Made by a program: the position numbers and the translations under genes. From positions 2,243,317 through 2,307,316 of the forward strand of contig OZ244900.1 in NCBI GenBank assembly GCA_965221595.1: 64,000 nucleotides of DNA, written 5' to 3'. Under the pieces are notes generated by a model. That model saw only the letters and a program-made list of their open reading frames with translations. It was not told the origin of the DNA and searched no databases. Source of the stretch: Vicinamibacterales bacterium. GTDB taxonomy: Bacteria > Acidobacteriota > Vicinamibacteria > Vicinamibacterales > UBA8438. Shown piece after piece: positions 18,654-27,941 of the stretch; position 1 is the first letter of the stretch; each line of letters begins with the position of its first letter.

Positions 18654-21161
18654 ATGCGGTTCTTCGAGTTCGAGTGGCGGCAGTCGGCACCCGCGCGGGT
18701 CGTCGGGATCCTCGTGGCGTCGGCGGCCCTCGCGGCGCCGGCGGCGGCCGGGCAGGCCCAGCGCGCCGGCGAGGACGCGCAGGCAGCGGAGGCCCTCATC
18801 GAACGCTACTGCGTCACCTGCCACAACGCGCGGCTGCGCACGGCGGGGCTGGCACTCGACGGCCTCGACGCGGCCAGGCCGGACGCCGACGCCGAGCCGT
18901 GGGAGCGCGTCATCGGCAGGCTGCGAGCGGGCTCGATGCCGCCGCCCGGACGACCGCGCCCCGACCCGAGTACGTATCGCGCCGTCGCGGGCTGGCTGGA
19001 AGCGGAGATCGATCGGGCCTGGGCCGCCAACCCCGCACCCGGCCGCATCGGTGCCGTCCACCGGCTGAACCGCACGGAGTACGCCAACGCCGTCCGCGAC
19101 CTGCTCGCGATCGACCCGCGCAGCTTCGACGTGCGGCCGCTCCTGCCCGGCGACGAGACGGCCGACGGCAGCTTCGACAACTTCGCGGGCGTCCTCACGG
19201 TCTCACGAGCCCACCTGGAACGCTACCTGTCGGTCGCCCGGCAGGTGACGCGGCTCGCGACCGGCCTGCCCCCGGTGGCGCCGAGCATCGAGACGTTCGA
19301 GATTCCCCTGCACGTCGTGCAGGACGAGCGGCAGAGCGAGGATTTGCCGTTCGGCTCGCGGGGCGGCATCGCCGTCCCGTACCACTTCCCCGTCGACGGC
19401 GAGTACCTCTTGAAGGTACGCCTGCGGAGGCAGTACCAGGACTACATCATGGGCATGGGCTGGCCGCAGCGGCTCGAGGTGCGCCTCGACGGTCGGCTGC
19501 TCAAGCGCTTCGTGGTCGGAGGCAACGCGGAGGGCCGACCGGTGGCGGCCAGCTACGCCGGTGCCGGCGAGCCCGGCTTCGCCGGCGACCCCCGCTGGGA
19601 AGAGTTCATGCAGGTGACCGGCGACGCCGCACTCGAGGTGCGCGTGCCGGTGGAGGCCGGCCCGCGGGTCGTCGGGGTGTCGTTCGTGCGGGACATGTGG
19701 GAACCGGAAGGCCTCCCGCAGCCACTGCAGCGCGGGCGGGTGCTGACGAACGATCAAGTCTACATGGGCTACGCGGCGGTAGGCGCCGTGCAGATCGGTG
19801 GTCCGTACCAGAGCGGCGGTCGGTCGCAGGACACCCCGAGCCGCCGCAGGATCTTCCTCTGCATCCCGCGCAGCCCGGCCGAGGAGCAGCCGTGCGCCGA
19901 GCGGATCCTGTCCACGGTTGCCCGCCGCGCCTATCGGCGGCCGGTCACCGCGGCCGACCGCGAGTCGCTGCTGGCATTCTTCGACGCGGGCCGGCGCGAG
20001 GGAGGCAGCTTCGAGGCCGGCGTACAGTACGGTCTCGAGCGCATCCTGGTCGATCCGGACTTTCTGCTGCGCGTCTACCGGGAACCGATCGACCTGCCGC
20101 GCGGCCAGCAGACCTACCGCCTGAGCGACCTCGAAGTCGCCTCGCGCCTGTCGTTCTTCCTGTGGAGCAGCATCCCCGACGACCCCCTGCTGGCGCTGGC
20201 CGAGGCGGGACAACTCGCCGATCCGGCCATCCTGGAACAGCAGGTGCGGCGCATGCTGGCCGATCCCCGGGCCGAAGACGCGCTGGTGCGCGATTTCGCC
20301 GCGCAGTGGCTCAACCTGCGCCGCGTCGAGGAAGTGGTGGTCGACCCGCACCGCTACCCGCACTACGACGAGACGCTGCTGCAGGCGTTCCGCCGCGAGA
20401 CGGAGCTGTTCGTCGCCAGCACGCTGCGCGAGGACCGCAGCGTCACGGACCTGCTGGACGCCGACTACACGTTCGTCAACGAGCGGCTGGCGCAGCACTA
20501 TGGCATAATGGGCGTCCAAGGCAGCCGGTTCCGGCGAGTCTCCCTCTCGAATCGGGAACAGCGCGGGGGCCTGCTCGCGCACGGAGCGGTTTTGGCGACC
20601 ACCTCCTATCCCGACCGGACGTCGCCCGTCCTGCGCGGCAAGTGGCTGCTGGACAACATCTTCGGCCTGCCCGTGCCGCCGCCTCCGCCCGGCGTGGACA
20701 CCAACCTGGACGCCACGCCCGCGGCGCTGCGCCTGCCCATCCGCGAGCGTCTCGCGCAGCACCGCCGGAACCCCTCGTGCGCCAGCTGCCACGCGGTCAT
20801 CGATCCGCTCGGATTCGCGCTGGAGAACTTCGACGCCATCGGGGGCTGGCGGACCATCGACGAGGCCGGAGCGCCGGTCGACGCGCGCGGCACCGCGGCC
20901 AGCGGGGCGCCGGTCGAAGGCCTGGCGGGGCTGCGCGCGCTGCTGCTGGAACAGCCCGAGCAGTTTCCCCGCACGCTCACCGAGAAACTGATGACGTATG
21001 CCTTCGGCCGGCGGTTGGAGTACTACGATCGGCCGGCCGTCCGGCAGGTCGTCCGCGCCGCCGCCGCTCACGACTACCGCTGGTCGTCGATCGTCGCCGG
21101 TATCGTGAAGAGCCCCGGCTTTCTGCTGCGCGCCACCGGTGCGGCGGCCGGCGCCAACTGA
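18654..21161 (+). CDS. DUF1592/1588/1587/1595/1585-domain diheme cytochrome c protein (copy 1)
   Basis: CVTCH..MPP, HRLNRTEY.NAVRDLL, LASRLSFFLWSS.PD-type motif, TSPVLRGKW, CASCH..IDPLGFALENFD. Confidence 0.9.
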   Translation: MRFFEFEWRQSAPARVVGILVASAALAAPAAAGQAQRAGEDAQAAEALIERYCVTCHNARLRTAGLALDGLDAARPDADAEPWERVIGRLRAGSMPPPGRPRPDPSTYRAVAGWLEAEIDRAWAANPAPGRIGAVHRLNRTEYANAVRDLLAIDPRSFDVRPLLPGDETADGSFDNFAGVLTVSRAHLERYLSVARQVTRLATGLPPVAPSIETFEIPLHVVQDERQSEDLPFGSRGGIAVPYHFPVDGEYLLKVRLRRQYQDYIMGMGWPQRLEVRLDGRLLKRFVVGGNAEGRPVAASYAGAGEPGFAGDPRWEEFMQVTGDAALEVRVPVEAGPRVVGVSFVRDMWEPEGLPQPLQRGRVLTNDQVYMGYAAVGAVQIGGPYQSGGRSQDTPSRRRIFLCIPRSPAEEQPCAERILSTVARRAYRRPVTAADRESLLAFFDAGRREGGSFEAGVQYGLERILVDPDFLLRVYREPIDLPRGQQTYRLSDLEVASRLSFFLWSSIPDDPLLALAEAGQLADPAILEQQVRRMLADPRAEDALVRDFAAQWLNLRRVEEVVVDPHRYPHYDETLLQAFRRETELFVASTLREDRSVTDLLDADYTFVNERLAQHYGIMGVQGSRFRRVSLSNREQRGGLLAHGAVLATTSYPDRTSPVLRGKWLLDNIFGLPVPPPPPGVDTNLDATPAALRLPIRERLAQHRRNPSCASCHAVIDPLGFALENFDAIGGWRTIDEAGAPVDARGTAASGAPVEGLAGLRALLLEQPEQFPRTLTEKLMTYAFGRRLEYYDRPAVRQVVRAAAAHDYRWSSIVAGIVKSPGFLLRATGAAAGAN

Positions 21162-21180
21162 ACGAGAGGAACCGCAGACC

Positions 21181-22521
21181 ATGGCAATCCTGACGACGAA
21201 ACCGTTGGCGCGGCGGACGGTCCTGCGCGGCCTCGGCGCGACCCTGGGGTTGCCGCTACTGGATGCCATGCTGCCCGCGTTCGCGTCGCGTGCGCAGGCC
21301 GCCGTGCCGCCGGCGCACCGCTTCCTGGCGTTCTACGTGCCAAACGGGATGGCCATGGAACACTGGCTCCCGACCACCGAGGGCCGCGACTTCGAGCTGA
21401 CGCCCATCCTGGAGCCGCTGGCCCCGTTTCGCGACCAGATGATCGTGCTCTCGGGGCTCAAGTCGAGCTGGAACTATATCCACGCCGGGGCGTCCGGCTC
21501 GTTCCTGACCGGTACAACGCGCGGCGGCCGCAACGAGGTGGAGATCCTGGCCGACGTGTCGATGGACCAGCTCCTGGCGCGACATTTCGCGGACCGCACG
21601 CAGATCCCGTCGCTCGAGATGGGCATGGACCAGCCGAACAACGCGGGCGCCTGCAGCGGCCAGTTGAGCTGCGTGTACACGCACACCATCGCGTGGCGCA
21701 GCCCCACGCAGGCGTTGCCCATGGAGTGGAACCCGCGGGCGGTGTTCGAGACGCTGTTCGGCGACAGCGGCAGCACCGACTGGGCGGCGCGCGAGGCGCG
21801 GCTGCGGCAACACAGGAGCCTGCTGGACGCGGTGACGGCGCGGCTGGCGGACCTCAAGCGCGAGCTCGGGCCGCAGGATAGGGTCAAGGTGGACGATTAC
21901 ACCGAGGCCGTGCGCGATGTCGAGCGGCGCATCCAGCGCACCGAGGAACAGCGCGAGGTCGAGCTGCCGGTGGTGGCCCAGCCGCAGGGCGCGCCGTCGA
22001 AGTTCGAGGATCATCTCGCCCTGATGCTGGACCTGCAGTTGCTGGCTTTCCGGTCCGATCTCACGCGCGTCATCACCTTCATGATCGGCAAGGAGCAGAG
22101 CGCCCGCCCCTACCCGCAGATCGGCGTGCCCGAGGCGCACCATCCGCTGTCGCACCACAACAACGACCCGGCACTGGTGGCGCATATGGCGAAGATCAAC
22201 CGCTATCACACGCGGCTCTTCGGGGACTACCTGGCGAAACTGCGGGCGACGTCCGATGGCGACGGCACCCTGCTCGACCACATGACGATCCTGTACGGCT
22301 CCGGTCTGTCCAACAGCAGCCGCCACTCGGGCAGCAACCTGCCCCTGCTGCTGGTCGGCGGCGGCGCGGGGCGGCTCGACGGCGGCCGCCACGTGCACTA
22401 CGCCGACGAGCCTTCCATGGCCGACCTGCTGTTGACCCTGATGGACAAAATGGATGTCCCGGTGGAGCGGATCGGCGGCAGCACGGGCAGGCTCCGGCTC
22501 GATGCCCTGCCGGGGGTGTGA
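21181..22521 (+). CDS. DUF1552 (HxxSHH) Tat-exported protein (copy 1)
   Basis: ARRTVLRGLG..LGLPLLDAM, YVPNG, C.G.LSC.Y, HHPLSHH, DGDGTLLD. Confidence 0.9.
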   Translation: MAILTTKPLARRTVLRGLGATLGLPLLDAMLPAFASRAQAAVPPAHRFLAFYVPNGMAMEHWLPTTEGRDFELTPILEPLAPFRDQMIVLSGLKSSWNYIHAGASGSFLTGTTRGGRNEVEILADVSMDQLLARHFADRTQIPSLEMGMDQPNNAGACSGQLSCVYTHTIAWRSPTQALPMEWNPRAVFETLFGDSGSTDWAAREARLRQHRSLLDAVTARLADLKRELGPQDRVKVDDYTEAVRDVERRIQRTEEQREVELPVVAQPQGAPSKFEDHLALMLDLQLLAFRSDLTRVITFMIGKEQSARPYPQIGVPEAHHPLSHHNNDPALVAHMAKINRYHTRLFGDYLAKLRATSDGDGTLLDHMTILYGSGLSNSSRHSGSNLPLLLVGGGAGRLDGGRHVHYADEPSMADLLLTLMDKMDVPVERIGGSTGRLRLDALPGV

Positions 22522-22528
22522 CACCGCC

Positions 22529-23887
22529 ATGCGAGGGCTGATTGCGCTGCTGGCCGTGCTGCTCGCCGCCGGGGGCGCGGCCGCCGGCGAGGCGCCGCCG
22601 CTGGTCGCCGCGGCCCGCAACACCGATACGGCGGCGCTGCGGGCGCTGCTGGGGGCTGGCGCACCGGCCGGCGCGGTCGACGTGGACGGCACGACCGCGC
22701 TGCACTGGGCGAGCTACCGCAACGACCTCGAGGGCGCCGACCTGCTGATCGGGGCCGGCGCCGACGTGAACGCGGCGACCGACCTCGGCGTTACGCCGCT
22801 CTGGCTCGCAGCCGAGAACGCGAGCCCCGCCATGGTACGCCGGCTGCTGGCGGCCGGCGCCGATGCGAACCGGTCGCTCCTGGTCGGCGAAACGCCGGCG
22901 ATGGTCGCCGCCCGGGCGGGCAACGCGGATGTCCTCGGGCAGTTGCTGGCGGCCGGGGCCGACCCGGAAGCGCGCGGCGCGCGCGGGCAGACGGCGCTGA
23001 TGTGGGCGGCGGCTCGCCAGCGGACGGCCGCCGTCGAGGTGCTGCTCGCCCACGGCGCCGACGTGCACGCCCGCTCCGACGTCTGGAGCCAGGTGATGGC
23101 CGTGCCGCCCCACGGACGGCCCGAGTACAACGGCGACATCCCCCACGGGGGCAACACGGCCCTGCTGTTTGCGGTACGTGAGGGCGCGCTTCCCGCCGCG
23201 CGGCGGCTCGTGGCCGCCGGCGCCGACGTCGACGATGCGGACGCCTGGGGCGTCAGCGCAGTGGTCCTGGCCGCCCACGCCGGACACGTGGAGATGGTCG
23301 AGTTCCTGTTGGCGGCAGGCGCCGACCCGAACGCGGCGGGCGCCGGCTTCAGCGCGCTCCACCCGGCGGTGATGCGCCGGGACGTGCGGCTCGTCGGCGC
23401 CCTGCTGGCCCACGGTGCCGACCCGAACGCGCAGCTGCGCACGTGGACACCGACCCGGCGCGCCTCGCGGGATTTCCACTTTCAGCCGGCGCTGGTCGGC
23501 GCGACGCCGTTCTGGCTGGCCGCGCGCCTGGGCGAGCCGGGCATCATGCGCCTGCTCGCGGAGCACGGCGCCGATCCGCGTTTCGTGCATCATGCCGAAT
23601 ACGTACCCTCGCGGCGCGGCATCCGGCGCAGGGAGGCCACGACGGCCCTCATGGCGGCGCTGGGCATGGGCGGCGGACGGCGCCTGCGGGCGTGGACTCC
23701 GGCCGCCGACGGCGAGCCCGAGGCCCGGGTGCTGGCGACCGTGAAGGCGGCCGTGGAACTGGAGGTCGACGTCAACGCGACCGACCTCGACGGGCGCACC
23801 GCGCTGGACGCGGCGACGGACTGGGCCTACGCGACGGTCATCGAGTATCTCGTGAAACGCGGCGCCGAATCTGGAGGTTCGTCATGA
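22529..23887 (+). CDS. Exported ankyrin-repeat protein
   Basis: Signal peptide; repeated G.T.LH.A / GADVNA units. Confidence 0.9.
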   Translation: MRGLIALLAVLLAAGGAAAGEAPPLVAAARNTDTAALRALLGAGAPAGAVDVDGTTALHWASYRNDLEGADLLIGAGADVNAATDLGVTPLWLAAENASPAMVRRLLAAGADANRSLLVGETPAMVAARAGNADVLGQLLAAGADPEARGARGQTALMWAAARQRTAAVEVLLAHGADVHARSDVWSQVMAVPPHGRPEYNGDIPHGGNTALLFAVREGALPAARRLVAAGADVDDADAWGVSAVVLAAHAGHVEMVEFLLAAGADPNAAGAGFSALHPAVMRRDVRLVGALLAHGADPNAQLRTWTPTRRASRDFHFQPALVGATPFWLAARLGEPGIMRLLAEHGADPRFVHHAEYVPSRRGIRRREATTALMAALGMGGGRRLRAWTPAADGEPEARVLATVKAAVELEVDVNATDLDGRTALDAATDWAYATVIEYLVKRGAESGGSS

Positions 23888-25122
23888 ACAGGCGACTGAT
23901 CGAGTCGATCGGCGTACTGGCGGTGCTCGTCGCCGTCACCGTTTTGCTGAAGCTGGCGCCCGTCGCCGGCCAGGGACCGTCTGCGACCGAGCCGCAACCG
24001 GCGGCTCTCACGGCCTGGGGCGAGCCCAACCTGGAGGGCATCTGGACCACCAACTACCAGACGCCGCTCGAACGGCCCGCGCGCTACGCCGACCGGGAGT
24101 TCTTCACCGAGGAGGAACGGGCCGCCATCGACGACGAGCGCGCACGGGTGCTCGCCCTCGACCGGCGGCGCGACGCTCGCGGCAGCGAGCAGGACGTCGG
24201 CGGCGCGTACAGCGCGGCGATCTTCCTGAGCCACAAGCACCTGGGCCGGCGGACGTCCCTGATCGTCGATCCGCCGAACGGCCGGCTGCCCGAGTTGACG
24301 CCGGAGGCGGCCCGCCGCCGGGACGAGATCCGCGAGTATCAGTTGGCGCTGCTGCAGGCCACCAACGTCTGCCAGGACAACCTCCCGGCCTGTGCGGGCG
24401 GCGAGTACGGGCCGCCGTCGCCCCGCCGGTTCGAGCCGCCGCCGCACTACCCCGCCACGGGGGCGGCCGCCGGCGGCTCCTTCAACCGCTCCGACGGCCC
24501 GGAGGACCGCGGCCTGTCGGAACGCTGTCTGGGCGCCAGGCTGCCCGACTTCGGCGGCGCCGCCGGCTTCTTCCTGCAGGTGGTACAGGCGCCCGGCACC
24601 GTCTCCATCTTCTACGACACCGGCCAGGGACAGGGTTGGCAGCGCGTCATCCCGGTGACGGACCGCCCGCACCTGCCGTCCGACCTGCGCCAGTGGTGGG
24701 GCGACTCGCGCGGCCGCTGGGAGGGCAACACGCTGGTGGTGAACGTCACCAACTTCACCCCCAAAACCGACTTCCACGGCTCCCGCGAGAACCTGCACGT
24801 CGTCGAGCGCTGGACGCGGACCGCTGCGGATACCCTGGAGTACGTCGCCACCATGGAGGACCCGACCACCTGGACCCGGCCGTGGACGGTGGCTCTCGAG
24901 TTGAGCCTGCAGGACAACCGGGCCAACCGTCTCTACAAGGAACCCCGCTGCCACGAAGGCAACTACGGCATGCCGGGGCTGCTGGCGGGCGCCCGCGCCG
25001 ACGACCGGGCCTTCGCGGAGGGGCGCGGCCCCGATCCGGCCACGCTGTGCACCGCCGGCTGCGGCGGGTTCGCAGCCGGGTTCGCCGAGTCGGGCGACGA
25101 GGTCGATCCGCTACAGCGGTGA
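23884..25122 (+). CDS. Exported GxPxLxGxW...CHEGNY family protein
   Basis: ATGA overlap; WGEPNLEGIW, TSLIVDPPNGRLP, ERCL, GDSRGRWEGNTLVV, CHEGNY. Confidence 0.85.
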   Translation: MNRRLIESIGVLAVLVAVTVLLKLAPVAGQGPSATEPQPAALTAWGEPNLEGIWTTNYQTPLERPARYADREFFTEEERAAIDDERARVLALDRRRDARGSEQDVGGAYSAAIFLSHKHLGRRTSLIVDPPNGRLPELTPEAARRRDEIREYQLALLQATNVCQDNLPACAGGEYGPPSPRRFEPPPHYPATGAAAGGSFNRSDGPEDRGLSERCLGARLPDFGGAAGFFLQVVQAPGTVSIFYDTGQGQGWQRVIPVTDRPHLPSDLRQWWGDSRGRWEGNTLVVNVTNFTPKTDFHGSRENLHVVERWTRTAADTLEYVATMEDPTTWTRPWTVALELSLQDNRANRLYKEPRCHEGNYGMPGLLAGARADDRAFAEGRGPDPATLCTAGCGGFAAGFAESGDEVDPLQR

Positions 25123-25149
25123 GCGGCGCGGCCGGCGCCCGGCCCCGGC

Positions 25150-25170
25150 GACGAATGACGAATGACGAAA
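25150..25170. repeat. Short heptamer tandem repeat
   Basis: GACGAAT GACGAAT GACGAAA, intergenic. Confidence 0.55.
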
Positions 25171-25210
25171 TCGACTAACCGGTCACCGCAAGCAGCGGGA
25201 GAATGAAACC

Positions 25211-25657
25211 ATGCGCAGCAAGCTGATTGTCGGCACCCTCGGAGCGGGTCTGTTGCTGGCGGCGTTCGCAACGCCGGCCGCGGCACATCACGCCTTCGCG
25301 GCCGAGTTCGACGCCAACCGTCCCGTCAACTTCTCCGGCACCGTCACCCGGATGGAGTGGGTCAACCCCCACGTCTGGATCCACATCGACGTCGAGATGG
25401 ACGACGGGTCGACCCAGAGCTGGGCATTCGAGGGCGGGACACCGAACGTGCTGTTCCGGCGCGGCTTCACCAAGGAGTCGCTGTTGCCGGGGACCGAGAT
25501 CCACGTCGACGGCTACCAGGCCAAGGACGGCACGAACCGCGCCAACGGCCGCGACATCACCTTCCCCGACGGCACGAAGCTGTTCCTCGGCTCGTCCGGC
25601 ACCGGGGCCCCCTACGAGCTGCGGCCCGAGAACAACGCGCCGCGGGGCGTGCGATGA
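25211..25657 (+). CDS. DUF6152 family exported protein
   Basis: Signal peptide ending AAA then HHAFAAEFD; GTVT..EWVNPH, W.FEGG.P; GGGAG RBS. Confidence 0.82.
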   Translation: MRSKLIVGTLGAGLLLAAFATPAAAHHAFAAEFDANRPVNFSGTVTRMEWVNPHVWIHIDVEMDDGSTQSWAFEGGTPNVLFRRGFTKESLLPGTEIHVDGYQAKDGTNRANGRDITFPDGTKLFLGSSGTGAPYELRPENNAPRGVR

Positions 25658-25664
25658 GGCAGCG

Positions 25665-25832
25665 GCCGTCCGTCGGCTGAACCGATTCCAGTACACGCAC
25701 GCCGTCCGCGACCTGCTCGCGCTGAACGGCGACGGCCGGGCACTGCTGCCGACCGACGAGTCCGGCTACGGCTTCGACAACGTCGGCGACGTGCTGTCGT
25801 TCTCGCCGGGACTGCGGTCCGTTGCGACGTGA
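25665..25832 (+). pseudogene. Relic fragment of a DUF1592-type gene (DUF1587-like segment only)
   Basis: AVRRLNRFQYTHAVRDLLALNGDGRALLPTDESGYGFDNVGDVLSFSP closely matches AVHRLNRTEYVNAVRDLLALEIDGRALLPADDSGFGFDNNADVLTMSP of 57878..60286; no start, no other domains. Confidence 0.8.
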
Positions 25833-25863
25833 CGCCGGCCGCGCCGCCGCGGTGCGGGTCGCG

Positions 25864-27798
25864 TCAGTTCTGCGTCGGGCCCGCACTGCGCCGCGCGCGC
25901 TCGACGAGGAGGTCCGCGTCGGCCCGCAGCAGCAGGCGCTCGGCCACCAGGGCGTCGGCCGCAGCGGCGACCGCCGCCACGTAGGCGGCATGGTCGGGGT
26001 AGCGCGCCGCGAGCGACGGCCGGGGGTCGCCCGCCGCCGTGCGCTCGGCCTCGGTCGGCGCGAACGGAACGAACGAGCCGGCCCCGGCGCACTGTGCCCC
26101 CTCGGCGAAGCCGGCGCGCCGCAGGTTCCAGCCAGTATACGTGCCGATCGGCGCCGCCAGGTTGGGGTGCCGCACCCCGTCGACCATGTTGCCGTCGGCG
26201 TCGGTGCGCCCGACGAGCACCGTGTAGGCGTCGCCTTCCAGCGCGGGCATGAAGCGATGGTCGGCCACGTGCAGCGGATTGTACGACCCCGAGTACGTCA
26301 CACCGGGAATGCCGGGAAACCCGGTGTCGTGGGCGCCGACGAGCCCTCCTCCGGCAACGGTCGGGAAGCGGCTCGGGGGCGGTTCGATGCCGTGCGCGAC
26401 CCACTCGTGGAGCGCGATGCTCAGGGCGGTGCGCACGTCGGCCACCGGCAGCGGATTGGTCAGGTTCTGGCAGATGCCCCGGCCCGGCGGCCGCGTGTGG
26501 ACGCCCGGGCCGCCGCCGTGCTGCGTGCCCGCGAGCAGGTAGACGCGGACGTTCTCGGGCAACTCGATGTGCCGGCCGAGCGGGTCGGTCACCACGAGCG
26601 ACGCACGTGCCTGCCACAGCTCGGCCTCGCCGTCGCTGTGCACCACCCGGGGGCAGGTGTCCGAAGCGCGGCAGCGCTCCAGCAGCCCGTCGGTACGGCC
26701 GGTCAGCGGATCGGTGAGGGTCGTGTAGGTGAAGGGGAACTGGTCCCCGGGGTATACGTGGTCCTCGTGCTGCTTCTGCCAGCGGCCCGGCTGGCCGAAC
26801 GGGTAGTTGGTGAACGTCTTGCGCGAGCCGGCGATGTGCGGATGGATGCCGTCGAACACGATGCGGCCGGCGACGTCCTCGTTGAAGCCCTGGTAGACGA
26901 AGTCGCGCAGCATTCGGCCGCTCTGCGAGATGCCGAGCGAGACGGCCGTGCGGGCCAGCTCGCCGTCCAGCGCGAGCGGGTTCGGGTTGCCGGCGCGATC
27001 GGCCGCCTCGTAGCGCAGGAACGAGATGGCGTCGCGCATCGCCGCGAAGCCGAGCCCCAGCACGAGCGGGTCCTTCGCCTCGTAGATGAACTCGTAGATC
27101 GCCCCGCCGTCGAAGCCCGCCGGGCGGCTGATTGCGATCTCCCGCTCGTTCACGTAGCGCCACTGCAGGTCGGCGGGCCGCTCCCGTCTGCCGTCCTGCG
27201 TGCGCCGAACCGAGAGCATCGCGGGCGCGTCGAGCGCGGCGGCCGGATACGTCAGCCGGCCGCGCGAGCGGGACTCGGCGTCGTTGAAGATGAACTCCTC
27301 GAGCGCCGGCCCGACCAGCGGGGAGCCGTCGGGATGCAAAGCAACCGGCAGGTAGGCGACGACGTTCGAGGCCGTGGGTGCCAGGTCGCCCTGCCAGCCG
27401 ACGCGCACGAAGGCGAATCCGCGCTCGAGCAGCGCCGGCTCGGCCGCCCCCGCCCCACCCCGGTTCGAGACCGTGTGGTAGAGCGCCCGGTTCCAGCGGC
27501 GCATGTCGAGCGGTCGGTAGATCTCGACCGTGGCCTGATACTCGACACGCCCCGCCGCGTTGCGCGGCGCGCGATCGAGGTTCACGATGCCCTGGTGGCG
27601 CGGATCGGCCGGGTCCACCTCGCCCGCGACGACCCCGCGCAGCCACTCGTACTGGCCGGCCTCGCCGAAGTGCCGCCCGCCCAGGGCCGGCGACTCGACC
27701 ACCTGCAGGTCGAAGCCGGTGATCTGCGCCCTGGCGCTCCCGGCCAGTAGCGGGGCGGCGACGACCGCCGCCAGCAACGTGCAAACCGATCTGCTCAT
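25864..27798 (-). CDS. Exported alpha/beta-hydrolase-domain protein (GxSQSG type)
   Basis: Signal peptide; GEVDP.DP, NRG, GWQGD, GLGFAA.RD, GISQSGR, GTQH, GTYTGWN; GGAGG RBS. Confidence 0.82.
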   Translation of the reverse strand: MSRSVCTLLAAVVAAPLLAGSARAQITGFDLQVVESPALGGRHFGEAGQYEWLRGVVAGEVDPADPRHQGIVNLDRAPRNAAGRVEYQATVEIYRPLDMRRWNRALYHTVSNRGGAGAAEPALLERGFAFVRVGWQGDLAPTASNVVAYLPVALHPDGSPLVGPALEEFIFNDAESRSRGRLTYPAAALDAPAMLSVRRTQDGRRERPADLQWRYVNEREIAISRPAGFDGGAIYEFIYEAKDPLVLGLGFAAMRDAISFLRYEAADRAGNPNPLALDGELARTAVSLGISQSGRMLRDFVYQGFNEDVAGRIVFDGIHPHIAGSRKTFTNYPFGQPGRWQKQHEDHVYPGDQFPFTYTTLTDPLTGRTDGLLERCRASDTCPRVVHSDGEAELWQARASLVVTDPLGRHIELPENVRVYLLAGTQHGGGPGVHTRPPGRGICQNLTNPLPVADVRTALSIALHEWVAHGIEPPPSRFPTVAGGGLVGAHDTGFPGIPGVTYSGSYNPLHVADHRFMPALEGDAYTVLVGRTDADGNMVDGVRHPNLAAPIGTYTGWNLRRAGFAEGAQCAGAGSFVPFAPTEAERTAAGDPRPSLAARYPDHAAYVAAVAAAADALVAERLLLRADADLLVERARRSAGPTQN

Positions 27799-27820
27799 GA
27801 TGCCTCCGGCTTCATTCTGA

Positions 27821-27867
27821 CGGGGCTGCGCCCCGCACCCCCGGCGTCCGCGTGCGGGGCGCCCTGC
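27821..27867 (-). repeat. Dispersed REP-like repeat, copy 2
   Basis: Minus strand GCAGGGCGCCCCGCACGCGGACGCCGGGGGTGCGGGGCGCAGCCCCG; also shares upstream CGGTGCGCCGCGG with copy 1. Confidence 0.75.
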
Positions 27868-27941
27868 AGCTCGCCGCGAAACCCCGCGGCGCACCGAGAC
27901 ACGGTCGTGACAATGCCGCGCGCGACTCCGCGCCGCGCCCG

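Noticed and set aside
16604-21193. 1529-aa ORF and other very long ORFs (30389..33499, 36592..39246, 42193..46266, 58001..60352)
   Set aside because: Out-of-frame or antisense to genes with clear family motifs; low-complexity R/P/G/A composition.
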